The notes under the pieces: generated by a model
Seen by the model: the letters and a program-made list of their open reading frames with translations, nothing else
What the model was told of the DNA's origin: nothing
Database searches by the model: none
Made by a program: the position numbers and the translations under genes
Assembly: GCA_964106915.2 (NCBI GenBank)
Contig: OZ066919.1
Reading direction: 5' to 3' (one strand)
Length of the DNA stretch: 64,000 nucleotides
Source of the DNA: Podarcis gaigeae
Taxonomy: Eukaryota
Part shown: positions 51,001 to 63,532 of the stretch, piece after piece
How positions within the stretch are numbered: the first letter of the stretch is position 1
Layout of the letters: the number at the start of each line of letters is the position of its first letter

Positions 51001-52120
51001 GTTGGCCACTGGCCCTGGTCCAACCACTACACCAAATTAGTATACAAATATGTACCCACTTGTTGCATTCATAAAAATAAAAAATATAAAAAAATGCAAC
51101 TGGCAACGTGCTGGACATGATTGGGAAAAACAGGTCTTGTTGAAGACTAGAGAATACTTTGCCAGGACCCTTTCTGCATGAATATTGACTGCTGTCTTTT
51201 AGAAAAATGCCTGTGTGATAAGAGGCAGCCAAATATTAAGGCTGTAAGGTCATATCTCCATATTTGATATATACAGACAGTGAGGAGTTGTTCTTGTGTG
51301 CCAAAGGACCCTACCCATATAGAGATGTCCCTGTATTTTCTTGTGTGCTTCTGGAAGTTGGGCAGAAAAGCAACTTAAGTAAACATTTCAAGTTAAAAGT
51401 TGAAGGTTTAGTCTATGGAAGATCTACCACTTGCAGGCTGAGTCATCGGTGCATTAAAGCGTGGCCACTCTTGAACAGGGTGTGGCAAAAGAAGATTGAA
51501 GGAGGAAACAAAGGACTCATTGCAGTGAGGATTTATTGGTGTCAAAAAACTGTTTCTGCTAAAGTCTCCTTATGTAAACATTTACAAAAGGAATGATCTG
51601 CTTGGGTTTTTCTTTCTTTCTTGTTGGCTGTATCTCCTTCTAGGAGATAGCATTTAAAAGAAAGAATGTGACTTGGGAAGATAGGTCTGTTCCTTGTTCC
51701 TGGAGTCAAGAGTAACATGCCGTTCAAGTGGGAGCAAGGGCATAGCTGATAAGGAAGCAGGATCTTGGCATGAAGGGAAAGAGGTCAGGGGTTAGTAGGT
51801 CATTAGGGGGCTGGCAAGATGTTCATGGGACAGGTTAACTCAGCTTCTTCAGAATTTCCAACTGGCTTATTTTATTTTATTACTTTATTTTATTCATAAA
51901 ATTTGTACACCTTTTGATTGTAAAGAACCACAAAGTGGTTTAGGTGCATTATATATCCATTCCCACAGCAAAAAGCCTTAACAGCCAACAAAAAGATTCA
52001 GTAATAAAAATTGCATAGGCATGTTAACACACTTAGAATTCAACAACATAAATCATCGGTGTTCTCCAAATGCATGGGGAGACAAAAACAGCTGCACAGC
52101 GTCCCCTCAAGCTGGTCTAG

Positions 52121-52429
52121 CTTTGCGCGAAGCCTCCTCAGGGGACGGGGAGTCTTCATCCCCGTGCATTGCAGAGGCTTCTGGGACAGCCCGCGAAGCC
52201 TCCGGAGGACAGCGGGATGAAGGCCCCCTGCTGCCCTGCGGAGGCTTTGCGCCGCTAATCCCGAAGCTATTACAGTGAGACGGAGTGCTGCGCAGCGCTC
52301 CATCTCGCTGTTCTGGCTTCTGGGACAGCCCGCGAAGCCTCCGGAGGGCAGCGGGGTGCCTTCATCCCGCTGCCCTCCGGAGGCTTTGTGCAGCAAAGCC
52401 CGAAGCTAGAACAGCGAGATGGAGCGCAT
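52121..52429. repeat. CpG-rich nested inverted repeats; TIR-less interior of a mariner-type element
   Basis: AAGCCTCCGGAG..CAGCGGG units resemble the interior of 39963-40476; perfect 21-bp stem at 52335-52386. Confidence 0.7.
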
Positions 52430-55400
52430 ATTTTAACCTTTTTAGAAAAAGTTGTTATCTGTATTCATTTTTGTCAGGGCATGACTGAACCCCCCACCCC
52501 ATCCTGGCTTCAGCACAATGGGGGGCATTTTGGGAAGAGGGATGCAAATAGTTTTTGCTCCACATACTAGCTGTAGGTTTTATTTTCCTTACTGCTATAT
52601 GTCACAGATGCAAGCATGCATAAGTTTACTATAAAATCAATTAAGCACAAAATGCAATAAATTAAACACAATGTGTTGTTCCTGTGAAATACTTTCTATA
52701 CTGGGTTTTTTTTAAGTTCACCAGCCACTAGTAATGTACCTAACAGCAGATAATATTGCTAGAATAATAACTGAATTGTAACCTTTTGCAAATAAGTGGT
52801 TGATTGTGAAGGGAAGAAAATTGCTCAGAGTCAAAGAGACAAAAGGGCAAATAACGGAAGTATATTATCGAAGGTTGCAGAATAAGTCAGAGCCAGGAAT
52901 AGGGACTCTGGTTTCTGAGTCACAGTTCTCTGTGCTGACTCCTAACCACTGAAACCAGATCTAATCCCACTGGGACGTCTCTGTTTATGCTGTATGCATT
53001 ACAGCCGAGGTAAAAAAGAAGGCCTGAATTCAACATTGAACCAAGAAAGGGGTGTTTTATTCTGCAGCAAATAATCCTAGAATGATTATAAATGATACCT
53101 GGAAGGTAGCTTCTGAAGCATGCAACATCAGAATTGTGCTGAGGGGGTCCTAATGGCAAGAATATAACCTGTACAGCTCATTTCATGTGTACACTTGCAA
53201 AAAGTGGAACCTACAGGGTGGAATTCAACATAGTGCTAAGGGAAATATTCTGCAAATACAAATTCTTATGCTGATGGAACAAGATTTCTCCACCTGTCCT
53301 TCATGCCCCCTAAATCTGATCTAGGGGATCTTACAACCCTCTGGAGATTTTGGGAGGATGTGAGGTGCACATGGGGGAGGGGAATGAGAATGTCTGTTGC
53401 AGAAATCCTTGTACTGATGGGAAGCCATAGTAGAATGCTAGCCATTAATCCAGACTTGCTATGCATCCAGACCAAAAATCTTGTCATTCTTGTTCATTGC
53501 CTCATAACTAATATTGACATATTTTCCATGCATGTGTTTCTTCCTTTACATTCTCTTCCCCCACACCCCATGTTAATTTCTGTTTTTCCAGCATTTTATA
53601 GTAACTAACAAAACATGCTAGAGATACCCTCTCTGCATGGGGGGCGGGGAGTCCCATCAAATAAATTGTTCAGAAAGCAGGTCTCCAAAATCCATGGAAA
53701 AGAAATCAATAACAATATCCGATGGGAAACCCATTCAAGAAAAGGGGGATATGCGGAATATGTTATCATTCCTTACCCAACAGCAGTAAATTGCTTCATT
53801 AAAGCCTGACCCTTACCCAGTGAGTGTTAAGATAAATGGTTTGACCTTTTGTAGAAAACAATTGATCAGAATGGGAATTCTTGACTAATAGCCTATATCT
53901 TCCTACCGAAAAGTAGCAACAATAGATTTAAGTATCCTCCACTGACTCAGAATCCTTGGGGAGAGATCCACTAAAAGCTATACAGCTGATTGATTTATTG
54001 CTAAACTTGATTTTTACCATTGATGGGTATTGAAACACTTTCGTTAACATCATAGAAGTGCATGAAAACTTAATCTAAAAGCCTTTTTAGATCTAGTTTG
54101 GTTTCTGTCTTTAATAATTGTAAAGATGTCAACCATTCTTCACTGTAAGAAGCCAGCTGCTAGCCCTCCACACTTTCAGGTACCCCATTAACGATCAGAT
54201 TCTTGTGAGGAATTAACATGGTTGGTCCCTCACGTGCCTCAGTATATTTGATGATGTATCCTGAAAAAAAGGGAGACAGCCTGGATGTATCCATATCTAT
54301 AAAAATGAAGCTAAAGAATCAATACAAACATTTAATGCTCCCTTGCCACACTGCAAACCATTATAAGTCTATTTTCTTTCTCTTCCCCGCTTCTCCCTTT
54401 ATTTTTACCTGAATATACCTTTGCTCAGTGTATTTTTAAATTGCCTTAAGAGGCTTCTCCTTTCATTTTTCCTCCATTGCTAATGTATTGTTCTGAAGGG
54501 ATGCCAGCACCTGCCTTTAAAGAATAATGCTTTCTCATATTGATTTATCATTTCAGCCAAGAAGTAATATTTAGTTTGGTATTTGCAAAGAAATGGGATT
54601 CTTATCTTGAAGCCGTCAGAACAGTAAAAACCTAAGCAGGGTATTTGCCCGTTTGTCAAAGGCTTTCTGCAATCCATGTTAGATTTAGATCTTATGGAGA
54701 CTGCATTGCTAAAATAAAGAAACAGAAAAGGATTTGTTGCATTATTGAACCCATGACTTTTTCGGAAAGATGATATAATTCCCTTGAGAATACGAGCAAT
54801 TTATAGAAGCCTAAGAATATACTCTGGCCCTGGTGTATATGCCACATTCCCAGCTTTGATCTTGTTCTGCCATTAACATGCAGAACTGCTGTTGAAAATT
54901 TGGAAGGTGGAGCTACACGTTCCATGTCATTCTGTGGTGTGTGTTTTTGTCGGAGTTTCTTCTTGTGGCTGTTGCGAAATGCAGCTGTTGAAGATACAGT
55001 TTGAAGAAGGAAGCTGTCATAGCATGAGAGCTGTCATTTCCCCCACAAAATAATCACTGCCATACTTCTGATTTTACCTCTAGTCAGGGAAAAGCTGCAG
55101 TTCCTCATGGTTCCTTTTCTCCACCCCACAGTTTGAGAGCTATTTTGAGTGGGGAAAAGCCATTGGAAAAATAGGAAACCCATCTCCTCCAGCATTCATC
55201 TTCCCCTTCAAATTACTGTTACAGTGCCAAATTTGAATTTTGTAACACAAAATTAAGAATCATGGGAACTACGTTGGACACATCATTGTTCTGTACTCAC
55301 AATGACCCACTTTGTGTGTAATGCTAAGCTAAACCATGACTTAGCATGAGCCTGTGAGCTCCTGGAATGGAGATCATGGCTGCTGTGCTCCTTCCCCCAT

Positions 55401-55584
55401 CTTCTTGTTATGCTACCCAGGACTAAGCCTTGGTTTGGTGTAGCATGTCATTTGCACCTGAGCTCCTGGTTTGTCTTGCTCAAGACAAATCAGGAGCTGT
55501 AACCAAGGATTACTCTTGAATTTACTGCTCACAGTTTGTCTGGATCAGACAAACCAGGAGCCCCAGGTTCAGACAAGCCAAACC

Positions 55585-55631
<47 letters not shown>

Positions 55632-56054
55632 TTATTTATACCCCGCCCATCTGGCTGAGTTTCCCCAGCCACTCTGGGCGGCTCCCAATCAGTGTTAAAA
55701 ACAGTACAGCATTACATATTAAAAACTTCCCTGAACAGGGCTGCCTTAAGATGTCTTCTGAACGTCAGGTAATTCTTTATCTCTTTGACATCTGATGGGA
55801 GGGCGTTCCACAGGGCGGGCGCCACTACCGAGAAGGCCCTCTGTCTGGTTCCCTGTAGCCTCACTTCTCGCAATGAGGGAACCGCCAGAAGGCCCTCGGC
55901 GCTGGATCTCAGTGTTCGGGCTGAACGATGGGGGTGGAGACGCTCCTTCAGGTATACAGGACCGAGGCCGTTTAGGGCTTTAAAGGTCAGCACCAACACT
56001 TTGAATCGTGCTCGGAAACGTACTGGGAGCCAATGCAGATCTCTCAGAACCGGT
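55585..56054 (-). mobile_element. Young L2-type LINE 3' end with (ATT)n tail
   Basis: Near-identical peptide to 49360-49647 on the opposite strand. Confidence 0.9.
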
Positions 56055-58218
56055 AGCTTAGCAGCTTAGCAGCTTAGCAGCTGGGCGACCAAGGAAGGAG
56101 TGCAGCTGCTGCTGTGATCTCCTTTCCAGGAACCCTCCACACTAATGCACCCACACTAAGCCAAGGTTTATGTATGAACTGAGCCAGGAGTAACTCAGTG
56201 AACTCAGCGAGACCTAGTGGGACAACAAGGAGAAGGGCCTATTTGGTTGTGCCCTTCACTTATTGGTTGTGCCCTTGGCTGATTGTGATTCATTAGTTCT
56301 ATTTGAAAATTTATTGTTTGCTGATGATGTATTAATAAGCGTGGTGCTGTGTTAGCATGATCTTGGTTGTGTCAGGTTTGGAGGCAAAGCTGGCAAGTTG
56401 CAAGGCTTCCTTATAGAAAGTGTAGCTATATAGCAGCTTAATCTGTTTTATTGAAGAAGAGCAGGGTATTTTAATGCCATCATCATCATCACAGAGGGGT
56501 CTGTGGAGGGGATATATTGATTGAAAATGTTTAGCCAACCAGATTGGTAGTTGGATTCCTATTGAGTATATTTGGTGACCCGACATGACAGTGATGTGGA
56601 ATTGAGGACTGGAGTGATTATCCTGTGATACTATGGCTGTGGACAAAGCTGTATTGAATAAATGTTTTTTTATTTAAAAATAAATGCAAGAACTTAAACA
56701 AAACCCTGGTTAAGCATACTCACCATTCTCAATGAACCATGCCTATTGCTGTTTCCAATCTGGAGACAAGAGCGTTCTGGGAACTAACATGGAACTGGCT
56801 CTACATATCCTGTTTGGCTTCTCCAAACCTCATAATTTCTTTGCAGGAACAACTTTCCTTGAGTAATACACCCCCAGGCACTCCCTAGTTACATTTTGCT
56901 CTGTTTTAGTCCACAAATTTTGTTTCATCCCTGTTGCCCTTACTTCAGATGCTACTCTAAGCTCCAGGGTTTGAAACGGGAATGAAATTTCAACTAAATC
57001 CTGTTCTTTGTGAATCCCGTAATCAGTAAATACCCTTTAGCATACATTTATGGAAAGGAAAGGGAAACTTGGAGCAGTGTTAGGTTTTCATACCTTAACT
57101 CACAGAGAAACATCAACCAACATTTATAAAAACACAGACGTCTGTGCTTCTTGCCAAAGTTTCTCCAGAAAGAAGCTACTTTAAAATGTCACGGTATCTT
57201 ACAGTTCCTTGTGTCTGAAAGCGACTTCTGGGAGGGTGGAATGTTTGTGGTCAGAAGAACCAGTCAGACTCTTAATGGGTGGGAGGCTTCTGTTAATTGA
57301 GTTCATTAAGACTATACTGTCTCCTTTGTCTATTTATTTATTTATAAACCCATGTTTTTCCTAGTGCGTCTTCCAAGTTTATTGCTAAATGGAACAAAAC
57401 CAATTCTGTTTATAAAGGTACTTTTTACATAACATAAGCTGGGACCTTTCCAGAGTTAAGCAATCTTGTAAAATAAATAAATATTGTGGGCAAAATTATA
57501 CATACTTACATTTATTATTATTATTATTATTATTATTTTATTTTGAAAAATAGCCCTGAGGTCTGAATGTGGCACTGTAAGTTTGTGAAAAATCTTATCA
57601 GCAGACACAGAACATAATGTAAAGGTTTCTCTGCTCACTGTAGGTAAGAGTCTGCGTAAATGGATTACATTTCCAGGACTCAGATAAATTATAAATTGTG
57701 GATTTTTATCCCACTGTTACATTGGACAGAGCTAACAAATTTAGAATGGCAGTATCAAGCATATTAAATGAATGAAACATGCAGCCCAAGGCATAGCACT
57801 CTGCAGAAATAATTCACAGCACTGGGGATCCACAAAGCTTGAACTGGCCTTGGTAGTTAATGACAATTTGTACTTGCCAACATTCCTTCTCTGCTGCTGG
57901 GGGAAGTGTTCAGGTCTGTGCCATCTTGCTGAGTCTTGTGGGCAATGTGAGCCTACAACCTCCATCCTGTGCACTAAACTGGGGTTAGCAGGCTTGTCCC
58001 TGTCCTGCTGAGCCCTGGAGCCATTTGGAAACCAGTGAGACATTTATATTGCATTGTGCTGAGAGCCTCTTCCCTTCTGCAGGCTCTAGAGATAGGGAGT
58101 GTTTTTTGCCAGATTTGAAAAGGCATCTGCCAGTAGTCAGCTGAAAAGTATGTTAGTGGACCTCCGTACAGAGACAAATGTAATTTTACATGACTAGCCT
58201 ATCAAAAGGTGAAAAGTG

Positions 58219-58253
58219 AAAGGCGAAAGATTTATACGATCTGAAGAGAAACC
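58219..58253 (-). pseudogene. U5 snRNA fragment (approx. nt 8-42, ending in loop I)
   Basis: Reverse complement reads GGTTTCTCTTCAGATCGTATAAATCTTTCGCCTTT, matching the vertebrate U5 5' region as I recall it. Confidence 0.93.
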
Positions 58254-58288
58254 TTCTCGGCCTTTTGGCTAAGATCAAGTGTAGTATC
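58253..58288 (+). pseudogene. U2 snRNA fragment (approx. nt 5-40, ending just past the branch-point recognition sequence)
   Basis: CTTCTCGGCCTTTTGGCTAAGATCAAGTGTAGTATC matches the vertebrate U2 5' region. Confidence 0.95.
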
Positions 58289-59051
58289 AAAAGGTGAAAA
58301 GTGTAAGGATATTTTGGATGGCATCATGGCATCAGGTGCTAAATCTGCTTAGTATTTTGAAACTTAAAAAACAAAAACCCACCGTGTACAAGCAGTGGCA
58401 GTATATGGGACATCATGCTAACTTGGGCTAAAATGCTGCTGAAAAGAATTGCTTTGTTTTGCCATTTGGAGATGTTCTGTTCTCATGTGCCCAACAGCTG
58501 CTCCAGCCAGAAGCTTAGAGTTGTGGCTCAGTCATTTATGGAATATTAATTCTCCATCTGTAAAAAATGGTTTTATTGGGTTTTGGGTTTTGGTAGGAAA
58601 GGTTTTAATTAGTTTTAGAATGGTTACTTTAGTTTTGTATTTTATCTCGTTGTTTTTTTATCTTGTTGAGTGCTGCTTTGATGGCTTCAGGCTGTGAAGT
58701 GGTTTATACATTTGTTAAATAAATAAATGAATGGCAAGGAGAGGAGCAGGAATAGTGCCAGATGCAGCTGTGTTTAGTTGTGATATAATGGCGAGGCACG
58801 GAAACCTTCACGGAAAGGCTGTGTTCCAACCTTTCACTGTGGACAAGGATCAATATCCCAATCCATCATCCCTAGATACTGAGGCAAGGAGAAGAAATCT
58901 ACTCCACTATTCAATTACCCACACATTACTGTGGATTGCACTTAACTCTCTAAATATTGGAAGTGCCTCAGGAAGCAGAGTAACCCGAGAAAGTGTTTGA
59001 TTCCACAGTCCTTTCTTGGGAGAGCATGGCTGTCCATTTATTGTTTTACTC

Positions 59052-59171
59052 CAGTATTCACCCACCTGATGCCCTCCAGATGTTTTAGGCTGCAATTTCC
59101 ATCAGCCCCGGCTGAGACTGATGGGTGTTGTCATCTTAAACATCTGTAGGGCACCAGGTAGGTGAACGCTG
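59052..59171. mobile_element. Old palindromic hAT MITE
   Basis: CAGTATTCACCCACCTGATGCCCTCCAGATGTTT...AAACATCTGTAGGGCACCAGGTAGGTGAACGCTG. Confidence 0.75.
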
Positions 59172-59523
59172 CTTGACATCATAACACCTTGGCATTTACT
59201 TTGCATGTTGCTGTTGTTTTAGTTTGGTTGATGCAGATGACCTAATTAAAGGCAAAGGCAGTGTGACTTTAAAGGTCAGAGGGCTGAACTGGAATTTGTT
59301 AGCACTCTTCTGGCTTTGCATGAACTTGGATACAAACTAGCTGTTAGGCATCTGTGCAAAATTCCTATGCCTGCCTGTGCAAGGTGACTGGAATTCTTGC
59401 ATGGTATTTTAATGTATATTAGCTCTTTGCTGGCTGGCTGGCTGGCTGGCTGGCTTCCTTCTTCCTCTTTGCTGCTGGAAAAAGAAGTTGAGCATTATCA
59501 TGGAGTGGATGAGGAGATCTGCA

Positions 59524-59650
59524 GCAGCACCAACTTGGCCCCACAACCGTGGGTGCCTGGGGCCATGGGTGCCATGAAGCATGCATGGCCCTGGCATCGA
59601 AATTTGATGGGTGCTCGGGCACCCAGGGCCCCAGGGAGTTGGCACCTATG
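59524..59650. mobile_element. Short palindromic MITE-like element
   Basis: GCACCAACT..GGCCCC..GGGTGC / GCACCC..GGCCCC..AGTTGGCACC. Confidence 0.45.
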
Positions 59651-61231
59651 AGCAGCACTGAGAGGGCTAGAAGGAAGCTCTCTGCAGTAGCAGCTGTCAG
59701 AGCTGATAGTTGCTGCAGTCACTCTGGGACACTGAACACAAACAGTTACAAAACCAAAGTATTTTATTAGGGAGATTTAATCATACATTAAAAACAACGT
59801 GCATAAACAGCACATTGTTGTGTATATCTACTATCTCTCGAGGACTGAGGCGGAAGGAAACCAGTTTTGCTGCTTTGAAGCACCAACAAGAATGGTGCAG
59901 AGTACTGTTTGGTGATGCGATGCACTTGTGACATCACAAAGCACACACACCCTTCTCCTTGGAAAAAAATGGTGCTTGGATATCTGGAGGCAAGAACATG
60001 TGGCATGAAGATGAAGGGAAGCTAGGCTTGGCAAGCTATCTGTCTAGCAGGCCCTTGTTTTTAGCTACAACTGTATGCATCTTTATAGAGACTATAGCAA
60101 TAAAATAGTAACATAAAACATAGTGGAGCTAAGGCTAGTGCATTCCTTGCTCACTCTTGGCTAAGATAGATTTATTAAGCAGCTCATAAAAAAAAGGTTT
60201 CAAAAGTCTCTTAAAACAATTTCTGATTTGTTGGTGTTGATTTCATGACCTCTTGCCCATAATTTTCTGGAGCAGCCCATTTCTCTCTAAGAATACACAA
60301 AGAGGACCAAGAGTGGTTTTCTGACCCCACCTCTTTTGTACAATTGTAGTAACCAGACCAGATCTGCATCTGGCCAAACAGAGTTGGGCAAGTCATGAAT
60401 GAGATAACTGCCAGGAGTCCATTCACATTTAAGGGAGCAGCCCTAACCCACCTTCTCTGGCACTATCAGTAGGTTGGGAGGCAGGATGATCAGGCCAGAT
60501 GCAGTTGCTGAAATGTCTGGGCCTGGGCTGACTCAGACCCTCTCCCTCCCCACTTCTGGAGCACCTTTCTTCAGGGTCTACATCCTGTAGTTGGAAGGGA
60601 GAGTGCCACACCAACAGGAGGCTGCCGTATCTGGGCTCAGAGACCCCTCCACCTAATCCAGCTCCCCCACTGACTCAAGTCTGGAGTCAGTGAGTGTTGA
60701 ATTACTCTGTAAACACCAAGTCCCAGGAAGGACAGGCAGACTAGACAGAATATGCCTCCTAAGAGGATCTGGTCATTGAAAAGGTGTCACGAGTCATTTG
60801 CTGTGTGGCAAACAGGATTGTACAGAATGAATGCAATTTACGTGCCCATCATCATCTGAAAGGCGAAAAATGTAACTTTCCTTTTGGTAAAGTATTCCTT
60901 TCCAGTTGTTAGGAAGGGATTCTTAATCACTTGCTATAGGTGAGCAAGCCAATGGCCATTTGCAGCTCTTGCTGTAAATTTTCTGAGCAAGCTCTGAGTC
61001 CCTTCCCTATTCTGTTTCATGCTTAATGCACTGTTAGCGCTAAGTAAGTGTTAAAGCATCTGCTTTAAAATAAAATATTAAAATAAAATATGATTGGATA
61101 GGGAAAATATTATCACTTTGTCTGCAAGAGCTGAAAACTAAAGAGATCTATACTGTAGTGTGATTATCTTCTATACATTTATATGTATTGCTTTCTCCTC
61201 ACAATGTCTCTTCTCTCTCTTTTGCTTCCAG

Positions 61232-61383
61232 CTTTCTTTGGGAAATACCTGAATGAATATAATGGTTCCTATGTGCCTCCTGGCTGGAAGGAATGGGTTG
61301 GATTGCTCAAGAATTCTCGTTTTTACAACTACACGCTCTGTAGAAATGGAGTGAAGGAAAAGCATGGATTTGACTACTCTAGG
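61232..61383 (+). CDS. SULF2: SULF2 coding exon (152 nt); gene continues beyond window
   Basis: Acceptor TTGCTTCCAG|, (A)[50 protein letters not shown], donor AGG|GTAGGC; phase consistent. Confidence 0.98.
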
Positions 61384-62874
61384 GTAGGCCTTACTGATTT
61401 ATTTTCATTTCCCTCCCCTGGCCACAACTGTGGGAACAATATGGATGCTTTATGATTTCAGTCTAATTAAAGTATTTGTTTCATATTTGAAAGCTACTGC
61501 TGGTAATATAAACTGCAATCCATAAACCAGCTCCCTTAGACTGCACATTATCGTTTTACTTCTGGAGGGATGTATAATTTAAAATTTATTTAGTGACAGC
61601 AAGCAGTTCTTAAGCCGGTAAGCACTTCAGTATGTCCTACCAGCTGGGAAATGGATTTGATCGTAGTTTGACTCATGTTCTATTGACTGGTGTTCCCTGC
61701 TTTAATTAACACAGAGAGACATACTCTTGATCTGCTGCATGCATGTGATTAATTCTCTTTATTGCAAAATTGCTGTTTCCATGGTGGTGGTATGCAGATT
61801 TTGAGGGAGTCCTAAATCTGTCAGTAGTCCACAAACTCAGTTAGTGTTTGTCTGCAGTGTTATGAAACAGAGATCAGAAGTTCAAGTTCTGTTGTTCTAA
61901 TTAGAAATCTGTTGGGTAGGTGGGTTGGGGGAAGCAAATGAGTAACTTTAAAAACACCTGATTTTTAAAAATATTCTTATAGGGTTACCTTCCATTATTA
62001 ACAGAAGAGGATATAGTGGAATAAAGATATTTGACACCCGCTTTTTATCCAACTAGTCAGAACTAAAGCAGTTAATAAACTTGAATTTAAATAAGGGTTG
62101 TTAAAAGGTATGCTTCTGAATCTAAAATATCTGATTAAGGGCAAGGCAACTGCCTTTTAATGCATAATTCATTTCAAAGATTTTTCAGTCACATCGCAGC
62201 AGAGTGTGACAGAGAGACAGAATTCGGGATCTAGCATTTGTTCTTCCCACGTTCCTTCTCACAAAGGCACAGTATATGTTTTAAATGAATTACTCATGAC
62301 TATCTCTGAGCCTTGTGTTGTCCATCTGTGAAATGGAAATCCTTCCAAAAATTGTTTTTACAGCAGGTAAAATAAATATGATGTCTGAGTTTGAGATTAG
62401 GGGGTAGGATAGGAATGAGGCACATACTCAGACCAAGATGTTTTGTGCATCTAATTGGACTTTCAGCAGCTGCGTGGTTAAATTGCTGTGCATAATAACA
62501 AGAAGTATCTGTATCAGCACCATGCTTGATGTGACTAAGTGTCCAAAAGTGGAACCCCTTGCTATCTTCTCCAAATACGTCTTTTCATTAAGTGTATTTC
62601 CTACTACCAGTGCAATAACATGACTTCTGAGAGATTAGTTTAATGAACCTTCATTTTGGTAGCAGCAAGTATATTTCTGTTTCCAAAAATATCTTCCCCG
62701 CTGGCACTAGAATTAGCAACCCATTGGTTGCCCTTTTTGTAATAATCTCAGATGTCTGAGTGCCAAGTGACGTGTAATCAAAATATAACGCAACATTCGT
62801 GTTCACTGACCGTCTCTGTCAAGCAAGTCTCTCCAGCATTTTATTACCATTACATTTAAGAAGACTTGTTCCAT

Positions 62875-62877
<3 letters not shown>

Positions 62878-62907
<30 letters not shown>
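62878..62907. repeat. (AC)n microsatellite
   Basis: Direct reading. Confidence 0.98.
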
Positions 62908-62910
<3 letters not shown>

Positions 62911-63019
62911 TCAGATTAGTTTGATTCAATTCAGGGCTCAACAAATAACAGTGTATTTGTGCTCAACAAATAACAGTGCCCAGCACCCAGCTGAGGTGGC
63001 CACCTCACTCTGCCTAATG

Positions 63020-63451
63020 GGAGGGCCAGATTTAGTTTGATGAGGCCCTAAGCTACTGAAGGTAATGGGGCCCTTTATATGTCCAGCTGTCATTTGTCAA
63101 CAACAAATTGTTGCTGTTTTTCGTGTTGAATACATGCTATGTCATAATTTATGGACCTATTGGGTATCTAAAGCCATTTGCACATAACAAAATATGTATT
63201 TTATCAAAGTAATTGTTGAACTGAAATACAATTAAGAAGAAGTATATTAATAGTGAAATAATTTTTAAGCTCTAACTTAAAATGATTTTTTATTCATAAC
63301 AAACTTAATAATGCAAACACATTGGCATTTGGCAATAACAAAAGTTCCTTTAGAAACACAATTTACAAAGACTCATAATTTTTGGGGGGGGGACCAAGAG
63401 AGTGGGGCCCTAAGCTATAGCTTGTTTAGCTTATACGTAAATCCAGCACTG
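63020..63451. mobile_element. Non-autonomous hAT-like element
   Basis: GGGCCAGATTTA...TAAATCCAGCACTG imperfect termini, GGCCCTAAGCTA subterminal repeats at both ends. Confidence 0.55.
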
Positions 63452-63532
63452 GTGCTGGAAGTTGGGGAGCAGCAAAGTTCTGGAAGGACAGAGCTGTCTG
63501 ATTCTTTTATAGGGGGAAGTCTTGATTCTTAT

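Noticed and set aside
58253-58288. Functional U2 gene, or target site of a U2-specific retrotransposon (Utopia/Keno type)
   Set aside because: Only 36 nt, no Sm site or snRNA promoter, no element body; enclosed with U5 sequence in a TSD.
29701-61383. SULF1 as alternative identity
   Set aside because: Diagnostic residues ([37 protein letters not shown]) match SULF2.
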